This document shows, piece after piece, positions 21,301 to 34,301 of a DNA stretch of 50,800 bases (position 1 is its first letter; each line of letters opens with the position of its first letter). This DNA comes from Chara braunii. Lineage: Eukaryota; Plantae; Charophyceae. The DNA is taken from positions 9,145,457 to 9,196,256 of the forward strand of contig BFEA01000001.1 in assembly GCA_003427395.1 (NCBI GenBank), in the 5' to 3' direction. The notes under the pieces were generated by a model. That model did not search any database. It was not told where the DNA came from and saw only the letters and a list, made by a program, of their open reading frames with translations. A program made the translations under genes and the position numbers.

Positions 21301-22744
21301 TCCTAGAGTTTTTCTTATGCATGATATCATGGTTGAGCCTTGGGCATGCTCGCACAAAGTGTCCGATCTACGTACAATATTTGCATGGTTCATTAGCCTG
21401 ATCTCTCTTATCGAACCCTTGGTTAGCGATTCCCGCCGGAGCCACAACTTCTGATGGTGGGAGGGGGGGTCAAGCCGCCTGGGTTTGCGTCACTTGGGTC
21501 TGCATTACCATTAACCCATTTTCCACTATTTCGATCTTGCCATCTATTCCGTGGATGCGCTCGTGCAAACTCTGTATTCTCTTTTTCACCTTATCTCTTG
21601 TTTTCCCAGTTAAGTCTATGACCCCTCCTTCCTTCAGTAGGGTCAACGAGACGGTTACGACCATCTTATCAACAATGTTTGTTACGTTACTGAAGTCGGC
21701 ATCCCGTGTATTCATAAACTTCATGATCTGTTGGTAAGCCAATGGGATTTTATCTTTATCAAACTCGGTGAATTGCCTGAGGAAATACTTACTCATTATA
21801 CGATCGGTTACCCTCAGGATTCGCAACGCCACGAGGGTGAATTCCCGCAGGAAATCGTTATACGTTGCAAAATTCTTTCTTTGCACCGTCGCCAGTTCTG
21901 TCTCCGTAGCCATCTTCTCGACTGCCAGGTATTTCCTCATCATTACGTCTTGGGCCTCCTTCCAGGATCCTCTGGTTGCGACGATAGTCATTATGTCCCT
22001 TCCTAGGTTCAGTGACACATCCTGCCCTAGGTGCTCCATCTTCTCTTCCTCACTCCATCTCAGTAGCGATGCCAAGTTCTCGTAGTCTATTAGAAACTTT
22101 GTGATATTTGCGTTATCGAATGTTAGTTTCTTCTTGGCGTCGGCCAGATATCCTTGATTTTTATTCAGTGCACGTGTGAGGGAAGACACCATTTTTCTAA
22201 GTCCCCCTTCAGATCCCCCCATTTCGCCGGTGGCGTCAGGTCCTTGTTCTTCCTTACCAGCTTCCACCACTTCTCTAGCCTTCGCCGTCCCTTCCGGGTC
22301 GAACCAGCCTAGTACCCTTTCTCTCAAGCTCCAAAGTCCTTCGCACCCTCTTGTGATTATGGGTGAGGTCGCTGGTCGGCTTGCCCCACTGTCTATAGCA
22401 GGTGGATTAGTAACCTTTTCCGCCTCCCTTCCCGGAGATTTCGTTCTTTCCTTTCCTTTCTTGGTCAGTGTCTCGCTACGCTCCCCGGTCCTATCCTTTC
22501 TTCTTTGTATAATATCGTCTCGACTTTCTCACCACTGATTTGTTCATTGCTCTTCGCTCGGCCTTTCTCCGGTGAAGTCCCCCTTGCCCTCATTCATCAT
22601 CTTTTCCATGAGTTTTGCTATACATTCCGTCTTTCTCCTTTCTATCTCGGCTAATTTTTTTCGAGCGTCCGTTGGTCTCACCTTCTTTGACAATGCGTCT
22701 TTCGATGCTCGTGGTGTCGGGCTGCCTTTATCCCTGTCCCCCAT
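18319..22744 (-). pseudogene. Second Ty3/Gypsy gag-pol remnant (gag, zinc knuckle, protease, start of RT)
   Basis: Gag LTFDNANITKFLIDYE (21470-22327); CKYCT*IGHFVRAC near 21344-21385; protease ALVDEGVEITLI...LGRPW (20087-21097); RT start YANKWFVFRKPNKSLRWILDLQK, truncated near 18319. Confidence 0.88.
18958..19799. mobile_element. Non-autonomous hAT-like DNA transposon inserted in pol (contains an N gap)
   Basis: TIRs CTATGAAACCG / CGGTTTCACAG; 8-bp TSD CTGGCGAG at 18950-18957 and 19800-19807; removing it restores the pol frame DPLALAR-FEGEVRKGYC; GAGCGC subterminal repeats. Confidence 0.85.
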
Positions 22745-24376
22745 AGTTTCCTGAGTTCCTTGCTTGCTTCCTCAGGTTTTCCCCGAGCTTTCCCTGGTCG
22801 CATCCTTCCTTCCTTCCTTAGTACTTTCCGGGTTCGTCGACTTTCAGTCCCTCACGGTCCCGTTGTTCTATTGTACATCCTTCTTTATGCTCCGACTCGC
22901 CTTGCTTTGTAGACTCCCTACGTCGTCTTCAGTCGCCATCCTTCTCTAATCCTGTATATAGGGAATTTTTTTTTTACCGGAATGGCAGATCGTCCCAAGT
23001 TCTTAGGATTTCGAGGTCCTAAGGTTTAGTGTCGGTTTCATAGTCTCTCCATCTTTGTCATTTTAATATTTATATTTTTATGGTGGTCGTAACAGATTCG
23101 TCCACCTTTCCTGGTTTGTGGGGTATTGCTCGCCTTTCCTATCGGAAGTCTGCCGCTATAGGTTGGCGTTTTGACATTACTACACATTGAATCTAAGGCG
23201 GCCTGTCCATAGCGGAGTGCGTCCCTCTTTTTGGGGATGACCTTTTTCTTTCCTACCTTTGGACACCTCTAGCGCCCTTGGTGGTAGCGGCAATCCTGGT
23301 GTTATTCTAACGCACCCTTAGATAGGATAGGACTCCAACCGCAATCTTTTTCCGCAAATAGTTATTCTCGCCTTCGTTTAGCAGTTTATTGTTAATATTA
23401 TCTCATTAGGTCACCTTCCCGTCATGTCCTCATGCTGGTTCCTCAGGTTGGTCCTGTTCATCGGGCTCTTCGAACAGTTTAGCCATCCCCCCAAGGTAGT
23501 TTTCTCCCATTTTTGTTTCCCTAATAATTATTGGCTCATATTCTTCGTAAGTCAGTCGTGGCGTCCCAAATATCAAAATGTCGATGAGTTTCAGTAATTT
23601 TCAAACCCTATTTCATTCTCAAACCCTATTTCCCCAAAACGGCCCGTGTTTTACCGACACATCGTAAAACATTCCCGTTGCCTGAGGCTGGAAATTGTGT
23701 GTCCAGATTAAGGTTGCGTTCACCAAGTCTTTTGTCTTTGTGAGGCTTCCGAATACTAGATTTATCATAAAACGTGGTACTCAACACTGCAACCCTCCCA
23801 TCCGGCCTCTAAATTCTCGCCATCCTCCTACTTCCACCCGATTTTTCGGCCCTACATTCCTTTTTCCCCGAATCTTTCGGCTTATTAATGCCAATGACGA
23901 GCCGCTCTCCGAAAGATCGGCGGTAGCCCATGCCGTAAGGCCATCTCAGTCGCTAGCATGCGCCACCCAACCTTCGGTAGGTACAAAGTTTCGGCCACCC
24001 TTAGATCGGAGTGCAAATCATTTCTGGCCCTTCGGGTCCTGTGTTAAGCCTTATACCGCTCCACAAGCATTCCACCATCATAAAGGTTTAGTTCCTTCCC
24101 AGGGTCACCGCTCATCATTCCACATCAATTCCTCGAACCTCGTAGCTTGCTTGGAGCGACACTTCCCACCTGTTACCGCTTTTCGTGGGCGGCATGGGGT
24201 GCGTGGGTCGCCTCGACGTTCGGGTACGCCTCATTGTCATCGTCGGTTGATGGATTCCTGCATGGTTCAGACAAAAAGTAAATACCTCCTTATTCCTTCC
24301 CTCGCCCCGGACATTGCTAGCTATCCTCCAGCTTCCTACCCCATCCTTCCCGCCAGTCTTGCTTTTCGTTTTCTTT

Positions 24377-27087
24377 TTATTGGGTTGTCTCCTCCTCTAG
24401 CAGCTCGAATAAACAATAGACGTCGTCTATGTAGGTCATTCCGCAACTTACTTCGCGCTTAATGACTCTCCGCATAGTTTCATCACTTACTAGCGGGGTC
24501 CTTGGTCTAGTTGTTACGGTCGCACGCGGAACGCATAGCACTTTGTATCCTTGTTCCTCCTCAAACGGTCTCATCTCTAAAAAGACCTAGTAGTATTTTC
24601 GATACACCGAGGTTTCCTCGAAGCTTAGCCTAGCTAGTGCAGCTACCGCCCGCTCAACTCGTTCGACGCCTCTCAATGGTCTTAGTAGAAAGGACAACAG
24701 ATTCATTCGTACGATTTCGTTTGGTAGGGGAAGGGTTCCTGCCATGATGGTTATTACTTCAGCCGTTACGTCGTTTCATTCCGGATCCGCGAATTCGAAC
24801 CCCTCTCGCCAGGTTACCTACCTAGCCCCTTCAGTCATTCGCACGGGGTCGTCCCCGGACGCGAGGGTAACTCCGAAGGCGCGCCACTTTTCTTTCGATA
24901 GGTACAACAAGCCCGTGACATGTACACGTCCTGGAAGGTCCAAGTTCATGGCCCCGAATTCCCCTCTTGCCCGCCATTCCAATTCCACTACTAGATATGT
25001 CGTGTCCTCCACCAATTTTACCCCCACCCAGTCCATTACTGGGTTGCTTACCCCTTTCCTTTCTGGCATACTTATCTCCACCTTGTTGTCTATCTCTCTT
25101 GGCGGCAACATCTCACGGGGCCCGTTCTCCCGAAGTGTCATTCTTCGAGCCATCTCGCGGTGTCTCCCTTTGCGCTTTCGTCCGGTCGCCTGCTGCATCC
25201 ACCGAAATTTCATGCTTTCCTGGTTTAGTTTCCCCCAATCTATGGCGCACCCTTCTCCCTAATGTACACTTGCTCTTGGTGTTGATCCTCCCCCATATAT
25301 ACCCTGATCCTTTTCTTATTTGCATGTCGTTGACGCCCTTTCTGCCTATGCCCCGACCTTCAGACTAAACACATAAGACTTCAAACAGTAGGAACACGTC
25401 GCCTACATATGAGGAGGCCGTTGCCACCTCGCGACGAAGTATCGCAGCCTCGGTTTCGCCTCGATCCGGACGTCCTCAATAACCTTCAAGATATCGACGA
25501 CCTCTTTTGCTCTATCACCATAGAATGGTCCTACTTCTAACGAAATCTTATAGTAGGCATCAGCCAACCACGTGAAGCCCAGGTCTACTTCGTCCAAGCT
25601 TCCGCCGCTGTGAGGATGTGTTCGTATCCACCAAACCAATCCGCTACGAAATGCGGCACCCAGGCCTGGACTAACTGACACGGCAACCTAAGTTTTTCTC
25701 ATCCCCCCATTACGACCCTACTGCTTACTTCATCCCACCCTTCTTTGGCGAATTCATAGCCCATATTGCGAGTCCATTGTCCGAACCCCCCTAAGATCCA
25801 CATCGGGTTTTGCCCGGACGTCAGCATTACGCAGAACAATTGTGAGCCCCTTTTCGATAAGTACACCGTCCCGAGGATTTCAAGTTCCCTTCGGCCACAT
25901 CGTCCCATCCTTCTTCTCTTGACGGGTCCCATACCCGTTCTACCCATAGAAATGATAGGTCCAGCGTTATCCCTTCTCCTATCCAGTCACAGGTTGTTCC
26001 TTTCCATTTATTTCTCGTAGGCAATGTCATCTCTATTTGACCTTCGAGTCGCCTTGGTTCCCACCCCCTAAACGCCCGATTGTTTAAGCATTGTTCCCTA
26101 GCCATGTTTGTTCCCTGCACTGTGCTGACCCCCTTTATCATTCATGCCCCGCTGACCCGTTCCTCAAAAGCCCCAATCCTCAATTGCATCATTTTCTTCC
26201 TTATCGGTGAGATCGTCCCCTTCCTCATACCATAGGAACCCATCCCGAAAAATCTCCCCTACTGCTACGTTCCTGTAGATTATTTTTCAATGGACGGGGC
26301 TTGAGACAAACACCTCATCCGTGCTGAGACAATTTTTTTTTTTTTTTTTTCCCCTCGGTTACCTCTTTTTCCCAATTCCCTTTAAAGGGCCCCATTTGAA
26401 CCGATGGACGGAAGAAGTCATGTCGAGCGCCTTGGTACAATCCAAAGTTCGTCATGGACTGACATATCCGCACCAGCCTACTTCGGGTCCCGAAGACTGC
26501 GTCCACTAAGAACGGAGGTAGGACGCACCTCATTGTTCTAAATGACCGTCTTAAGTTCCCTCTATCTCCGAGATCCACCCGCACATCTATCTTTTCCATT
26601 TTCATTTTTTCCCGCTGACATGCCGCTCACACTACTTCACGTTCCGCCCGCCTAAACAACTTGTACGGGACTACCTTTAATACCAAGTCCACAACCATTG
26701 CGTTCTCTCCTTCCTTGGACAAGTAGATCCACCCCCGGGTTTCCACAGTCCTCCAAAATTTCAAATCTGTCAAGCTTGGCGTTAGCCGAGTTAGGTCGAC
26801 CTTGGTCCACAACATTTCTATCAAAAGTAAGGCATTCCCTTCACCCAACATCACGGTTTGGTATGCTGGCTCTAGATCTGTCCAGGTCCCTTCTTCCGAC
26901 AGAACGACGAATACCTCGTCCTTAACATATATTGACATTTTCGGTTCGCTGGAATAGATTCGGGACGATAGTCACCTCGCCATCTTGGTTCCATCACTCG
27001 ATCCCTGTTTTTCACAACCAAGCATCGGCCCCGGTTCTTGGGTCCGAGCAGCCTACATCCTGGATGAGAACATTTCAGACCCCTCAT
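24377..27087 (-). pseudogene. Decayed accessory ORF(s) of unknown function between LTR and gag
   Basis: Several protein-like ORF fragments co-oriented with gag (24377-24574, 24818-25213, 25403-25681, 26315-26605, 26627-26938); no recognisable domain. Confidence 0.45.
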
Positions 27088-27840
27088 CAGGGTCTATCCT
27101 AGTTTACTTCCCCATTCTCAAATTCTAACCTTCCTCAGAAACCCCTAAACGACCCCCTTTTACCCAAGCTCATTCTCTTGGTTGTTTTCAAAGCTGACCT
27201 CTATTTCTTCCTCTCGTGGTTTTCATTCACTCGTGCGGACTAAGGGGAGGGGTGAGAATAAACTAGAACCATGGCCCAACCCAACAACTTTTATCTCAAT
27301 CATTTTTACAGAGGGGCATACAAAATACGGAAAAAAAAAATTCAGGCAATCTTACATACAGGCACAGTCATCTTCTCATCGGCCGCTTTTCAAAGTGGTC
27401 TCTCCACTGTTACCATCGGTAAAGTTTTATCTCATACCTCAAGCGCAGCTCAACTGTCGCAAGTGCGGTACCTCAGCTCCGGCACGGGGTGTCACCCCTC
27501 TTCGTTTACCCAGAATACCTGATTCCGTCTTGCCGCCTTTGCACACCCCCGTTGGCACCGAGAATCACCCCGTGCACTCTGGTAGGAGCAAAAGTAAATC
27601 GTCGGGGCATTCACTTCCATCGGTCCGATAAGAATCAGCCTTTCCCATGTCGTACTTTGAGAGGCTACTAATCGTCTCTGAGCCTCCGTCCTTGCCCCGC
27701 ATGCAGCGATGCTCCTCCATATGTCGACAAGTAGTCGCCCCACCTGAGGAGACGTTTCACATCCCGTCTAGGCAAGGTGTGGAGTCATGCTCGGTCCGCC
27801 CGGGAGAGAGTGCTACTAATTAACCGGCGAGACCAACTCC

Positions 27841-29702
27841 TGTCCAACAGTCCAGTGGCCTTGCCTCCCATACAAAAGACAAGGCGACACGTCAAAGAAA
27901 CGACGGTTTGCAACCCACACCAGCTGGTTCAGACCCACCCTTTCCTTCCGTAGGCAGGACGCCCAAGTCTCAAGTGGGACACACATAGTACAAGTGTCTT
28001 TCTCATGGTGCACCTATAGCATCTTCAAAGGTGAGCTACTTGTCTTTGAAGTCTAGCAACTCTCTTCATTCCCATTTTCTTATCGCTTCATAGGGCAGGA
28101 TTGTTCTTTTTTCGATTACTGTTGTTTTCATGTTGGTTCCTTCAAGCATCTCAAGTATATATTGCATGGGCCTGTTGGGCCCAGAAGAAGCAGAGAGAAG
28201 AGCACCCAGCCGGTCGGATCACTCCACCACGGGATTTTTATTGGACCCCGGTTGAAGCCGAAGCACCAACCGCCTGCTTGGTAACCGGAGCCCTTCTTTC
28301 ACACGAAGAGGAAGGGTCGACCTGCGACTTGCCCTAAGCTTCTCCGGACTTGCGAACACCAGCACCAGAGGAAGGGGGGCTAGAGCCACTCCGCAAGGCA
28401 ATGAGTTAGTGAAGTGTACATCATGCATGTCATACCTCCATGCCTGGTCATGCCATGTGCCCAACCACTCTCAAATCTGATTCTGTCAAAGGGAAGAGCA
28501 AACTCAAGTTCTTATTTTCTTATCTTTGGTTGTGTGTACGTCCATGCGTCGGGCGCCCTCCTCGGGATGGATAGGGTCAATTTAACCCTATACCCGATAC
28601 CTCCACCATTTTTGTAGGGTCTAACCCCTGTAGATTTTCGAGTCTGTGTCGACCCCGCTGCGGGTCCCAATTGGCTCGGCCTGCCCACACTCACGCTCAA
28701 GGCGAGGGTCATTCGTTATGGGGTCACCCCCACCTAGTGCTCTTAGATGGATGGGGGTGAACCATCGAGTGAGAAAGCTTTGACATTGGGGATGTAGCTC
28801 AACCCTCACGCCGGGTGATAGTCCCGCTGATCTTTCTCGCAAACACAATTTTGTTTTTGATTCTTGGTTGTGTTCGTACGCAATTGCTTCGTCCAATACT
28901 CACGCAGTCCAGGGGTTGTTTGAGATTTTTTCTTTTTTTGTGCGTAGGCGAAGCATCATCCTTAGGCCGCACACTTTTTCCCTAACACGACAGTCCTATG
29001 ACCTCAGCGAGGTGCGGCGGCGCCGTCTTTCCCCCTTAGCCCCCTAATCATTTTGATGATCAACACATCTCATTCGTGGCTTGGGTACTAGCCCCTTAGT
29101 CTTTTCGGGGCCTTCATCCGCATACAAAGGACTACTTTATATTTCACCCACTCAAGACTTCAACCATTTTCTCATTCCGCACTCAAGGTCTCATACACAA
29201 AGACCCCCTTCACAAGTAGAGTTTTACACTAAGGGTCCCTCAACTTTTTACCCTTTCCTATTTCCTTTGCCGCTTGGCCTACCCGGCCCAGTCCCGCTCA
29301 AAACATCCCAATGCTACTCACCTGCACAGTCAAACGCAAATGCAAGGATCAATACAATCCTCCATTGAGGTCAATACATAGACCTTGCCGTATGCTTAAT
29401 TTCACTTTCTTTGCCTTTGGCTTCCTTTCATTCTTTTTCTTTTGCCCAGTCAATCCATCCTCTTCCTTTAGTCATGGAGTCGGGCTTCTGGTTGAGTCAA
29501 CTGACCTCTCTTCTCAAGCAACAATCTCTTTCTTTAGTCCCATTTAGACCAGCCTGCTTCCGATCTCACCGCGTTTTTCGTTTACCATTCTAAAGTATTC
29601 CCTTCTTTTCTTTCTTGGTGGCACAAGATACCGATAACCCTCCCCTTGTCCTCTTTCTCCACGAAGTGGGGTCAACTTTCTTTCACCGTCCGTCCGCTGA
29701 CA
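27841..29702 (-). mobile_element. Probable 5' LTR of the minus-strand Ty3/Gypsy element
   Basis: Minus strand begins TGTCA at 29702 and ends GGACA at 27841, followed 5 nt later by PBS-like TGGTCTCGCCGG; non-coding. No second LTR is present to confirm. Confidence 0.45.
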
Positions 29703-29778
29703 ATGTAACAAGTGAGAGGGGAGGTTAGTTGACTTAGGTTATGGGAGAGGTAGAGAAAAAAAAACAAAGGACGGAAAT

Positions 29779-29820
29779 GAGAGAGAGATAGAGATAAATA
29801 GATAGATAGATAAATAGATG

Positions 29821-29865
<45 letters not shown>

Positions 29866-29877
29866 AGATAGAGATAG

Positions 29878-29950
<73 letters not shown>
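29779..29950. repeat. Compound (GATA)n/(GA)n microsatellite
   Basis: Directly visible. Confidence 0.95.
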
Positions 29951-29953
<3 letters not shown>

Positions 29954-30459
29954 ATTTCCTAATCTTAATCCAGCCTCACCCTTTCTTGACCTACCGTCCC
30001 CCGTTCAAGCTCTGAATAGGCACATCATTCAGTGAAGGAAAAACTTGAACAGCAACACAAGTGGAACCAGCCTACATATGCACATAGGGCAATGGAGGCT
30101 ACAGGATTTGAACCGGTACATCATCAAATGAAAAAAAGACTGAATCAACACTAGTGTAACTAGCTTACACGTGCACATAGTGTTATGGAAGCAACAAATC
30201 TGAATCGGCACATCACTAAGCAAGAGGAAGATTGGACAACACAAGTGTGACTATCCTACATATGCACATGGAGCCATGAGAACTAGGAAAGAACCGGTTC
30301 ATCACTAAGTAAGAGAAAGATTGTACTTGCACAAGCGAGAGTGCAACATACACACACGTGAGCTATGGAGCCACTAGGAAGGAACTGGCACATCACCAAG
30401 TGAGAAAAACTGAACTTTCACAAGTGAGAGTGCAACATACACACAAGTGGGCTACGAAG

Positions 30460-31807
30460 CAGAATTCGCAACCGGGATTTTTAGGAATACCTGTACCTGA
30501 CCTAACCACACCCTCTTTGAAAACCAACCTGGTCCACCCATACCCACTGTATACTTGGTCTGCCGGACCTTTACCCATCTCCAACTGCTGAAAAAAACAA
30601 AAAGTATACCGGGACCTGCTCTACCTGAACATCTTCAGCATGTAACTGGCCATACCTACCCATAAACATTTTTTTTTAAAACCATTCATGGCCACTTGAA
30701 CGCAAACCGTTTGGTAACCACTCATACCCCACCCTACCCCAATTTTTTTTACCTATACCCACCCGTAACCACCCGTGTTTGTCACCCACCCTACCCTAAC
30801 CGGCCATAACCGCCCCTAGTTGTCCCTAACTGTCCCTAACTGCCCTTAACTGCCCTAACCGCCCCTAACGCCCCTAACCGCCCTTAACTGTCCCTAATTG
30901 TCCCTAACTGCCCTTAACTGCCCTAACTGTCCTTAACCGCCCCTAACTTTTTTTTTTTTTTAACCGCCCCTAATTGTCCTTAACCGCCCCCAACCGTCCC
31001 CAACCGTCCCCAACCCCTAGATGTCACATGATTAACGTAAAAAATTTTATTATTATTAATATTATTATTATTTTTTTTTTTAAATGTGGCAGCTTCTGCA
31101 GCTACTGCCGCAAACGTGACAGCAACAATTGTTATATTTGTTCACTGTGATGCTGCTATGGATGCATCTGGTGCTACCGTAGCGAATGCAACCTGTGTAG
31201 CATCTGCAAATGCAACAACCCTCGGTCTGTCGCACATACATACACTCACACACACACAGACACACACACACACATACAAATATTACATACACAGGGTTAC
31301 ACACATATGAAAATAGTCTGTAAATTTGAAAACAAAAAATAAAATGAAATAAGATATGAAATTCACCCTTGCAAAAAAAATGTTTGCTTAATGGGAAAGC
31401 GAGAAATTTGGAATATGAAAAAAGTGTCACGCTTGAGCAAAACTACAAAGCCTGCAAAGCTACAAGACTCACATCGGGTATACCACGGTTACCGGATGAG
31501 AATCTCTACCCGCCCGTACCCACCCTTTTTTGTTTTTGGCCACCCGTACCTGCCCATACCCGTCTATCTTTTTTCCTGGCCGCCCATACTCGTTGTTGTT
31601 GTTTTTTTCCCCCTACCCCTACCTGCCCTACCCACCCATGATCTCATGAAAGGGCAACTGTACTTGCCCTAACAACCACCACATTTTGTTTGTGTCTGCC
31701 CATACCCGACTCCCCCTTTGAAAGGGGTACCTATACCCGCCCGTAACCTGGCGGTTACAGTTGGGTACGGTCGGGTACGGGCAACGGTTACCCGCTTGCA
31801 CTCTCTG
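30460..31807. mobile_element. Non-autonomous hAT-like element
   Basis: Imperfect TIRs CAGAATTCGCAACCGGG / CCCGCTTGCACTCTCTG; 8-bp TSD CTACGAAG / CTATGGAG; subterminal TACCC(G/A)CCC repeats; the satellite phase resumes across it. Confidence 0.75.
30794..31019. repeat. Degenerate 9-10 bp CCCTAA-containing tandem repeat
   Basis: Units such as TGTCCCTAAC, TGCCCTTAAC and CGCCCCTAAC; about 20 copies. Confidence 0.85.
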
Positions 31808-33309
31808 CTATGGAGCCACTAGGAAGGAACCAGTACATCACCAAGTAAGAGAAAAACTGAATTTGCATGAGTGAGAGTGCAACACACACATCTGAGCTAT
31901 GGAGCAACTAGGACGGCACCACCACATCACCAAGTGAGAGGAAGACTGAATTTGCACAAGTGAGAGTGCAACATACACATATGTGAGCTATGGATCAACT
32001 AGGAAAGCACTGGTACACCACCCAGTGAGAGAAAGTTAAATTTGCATCAATGAGACTACCGCACACACACATATGAGCTAGTGCAATGAGACTGCCGCAC
32101 ACACACATATGAGCTAGTGCAATGAGATTACCGCACACACACATATGAGCTATGAAGCAACTAGGAAAATATCGGTACATCACCAAGTGAGAGAAAACTG
32201 AACTTGCACAAGTGAGAGTGCAGCATACATACAGATGAGCTATGGAGCAACTAGGAGAGCACTGGTATATCACGAAGTAAGACGATGACTGAACTTGCAC
32301 CAAAGATAGTGCAGCATACACATATATGAGCTATGGAGCAACTATGAAGGCACCGGTACATCATCAAGTGAGAGAAAGACTGAACTTGGACCAATGAGAC
32401 TACAGCACACACGTATGAGCTATGAAGAAACTAGGAAAGCATCGTCACATTGCCGAGCGAGGAAAGACTGAACTTGCATAAGTGAGAGTGTAGCGTACAC
32501 ACATATGGGTTATAGGGTAACTAGGAAAGAACCGGTATGTCCCCAAGTGAGAGAAGGACTGAACTTGCACCAACGAGACTACAGTACATAAACGTATGAA
32601 CTATGGAGTAAGTAGGAAAGCACTGTCACTTCACCAAGAGACAAAAGATTGAACTTGCACAAGTGAGAGTGCAACATACACACATGTGAGTTATGGAGCA
32701 ACTAGGAAAGCGCCGCCACATCATTAAGTGAGGAAAGATTGCACTTGCACAAGTGAGAGTGCAGCATACACACATGTGGGCTATGGGGCAACTAGGAAGG
32801 AACCCGTACATCACCAAGTGAAAGAAAGACCGAACTTGCACCAATGAGACTACAATACACACACATTTGAGCTATGCAGCAACTAGGAAGGAACCGGTAC
32901 ATCGCCAAGTGAGAGAAAAAGTGAACTTGCACCAATGAGAGTGCAACATACACAGATGTGAGCTATGAAGACACTAGGAAGGAACAAGTTCATCATCAAG
33001 TGAGAAAAAAACTGAACTTGCACAAGTGAGAGTGCAACATACACACATGTGAGCCATGGAGCAACTAGGAAGGAACCGACACATCACTAAGCGAGAAAAG
33101 GACTGATCTTGCACAAGTGAGAGTACAACACATACATGTATGAGCTATGGAGCAACTAGGAAGGCACCGCCACATCATTAAGTGAGGAAACATTGATTTT
33201 GCACCAATGAGACTACAGCACATACATGTATGAGCTATGGAGTAACAAGGAAGAGTCCGGTACATCACCAAGTGAGAGAGAGACTGAACTTGTACTAATG
33301 AGACTACTT

Positions 33310-34030
33310 CGCGTTGGTGGAGCCCCGAAGCTGGTTCCTTGCATTTATTGTGTAATATTCAGTCAGCACATCTGCAGGCCGTACTTCATGGATTCTTCCT
33401 ATCCTGCTAGCCTGCTAAGGTCGTCTCGAAGAACCACCTAATCTCCTTCTTGGAATTTAGGTTCCTTTTTAAGCAGCCTGTACCAGGCAAGCGGTATTGT
33501 TTCTGTAATCAACTCTAAATGGCTCTCTATGTGGTGGCAATACCGCAGGGAACCCCACAGTTGCACCGCTATATTCCAGTCTTTCCTTTCCTTATCACAT
33601 AAATGGCCGACCTGTAGCACTCCCTGTTTCACCCACCCCATCCATGGAGCCGCTGAACTACATAGCACCTGACCATGGTGGGGGGCAATCCAGCGGTTAC
33701 CAAAAAAGGGTTGGTGATACACCTCTTCCCAGCGGTCCGGTGACGGTCTGTCGGGGAGGGGAAGCTTGCGCCAGTTTTTTAAGATTGTGGGTCAAAATTG
33801 TGCTATTGGCTGGCCTTGAGTTCTTCGTGGGACCGACCAATAGCGGTCCTCTAACGACGTGAGGGGTTCCACCTCTGGCAGGGAGGACGGGGCTAATCGT
33901 GCAATGTGCTCAAGCGCCAATGAACTTCATGGGCTTCTAGTGTTAAGGATCAACATCTTCAGCCATTTGAGTCGGAGGGCCTGAACCTGTGTTGGATGAT
34001 CTATAATGTCGAGGCCCCCCACCCAGTGTC
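33310..34030 (-). pseudogene. L1-type LINE ORF2 fragment (post-RT region)
   Basis: GGLDIIDHPTQVQALRLKWL and QPFFGNRWI...GWVKQGVLQVGHL...LRYCH...WYRLLKK align with the plus-strand LINE at about 37140-37740. Confidence 0.85.
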
Positions 34031-34044
34031 ATCACCTGGTGCGG

Positions 34045-34301
34045 GGACGGCCCGTCCGTACTCCCCTACGACCGTACGTACGGGCCCTCAGCGCCCATAT
34101 GACCCATACATACGGACTTCGGGCCCCCCATACGTGGCCTTCCGGGGGGGTGTTGAGGGGGTAAATGGGCTGGGGGGGGGTCGAGTGTCGGGAGGTACCC
34201 CCCCATTAAAATAAAAATAAAAACTTTTTTTTTTTTTTTTAAGTCTGGGACTCTGGGTGTGAAAAAAACAAAAAAAAACAAAGATTGATTGATTGATTAA
34301 T
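34045..34301 (+). mobile_element. Small element with GC/CGTAC-rich hairpin head, A/T-tract body and (GATT)n tail
   Basis: GGCCCGT...ACGGGCC hairpin; same architecture as 50436-50795. Confidence 0.45.

Larger units (their letters stand above)
30020..33308. repeat. Satellite of about 91 bp, about 20 diverged copies, interrupted by a hAT-like insertion
   Basis: Unit approx. GAGCTATGGAGCAACTAGGAAGGAACCGGTACATCACCAAGTGAGAGAAAGACTGAACTTGCACAAGTGAGAGTGCAACATACACACATGT, recurring every 89-91 bp. Confidence 0.92.

Noticed and set aside
23695-24462. 255-aa plus-strand ORF
   Set aside because: TTG start, no domain, antisense within a retrotransposon internal region; cannot be supported.
27071-27100. 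Other CTGATGA...GAAA motifs (also 43542, 4874, 40179) as hammerheads
   Set aside because: Stems I-III cannot be formed around them.
30020-33308. Satellites (also 40101-42420 and 2123-2284) as CRISPR arrays
   Set aside because: The whole unit is repeated with no unique spacers, there are no cas genes, and the context is eukaryotic.
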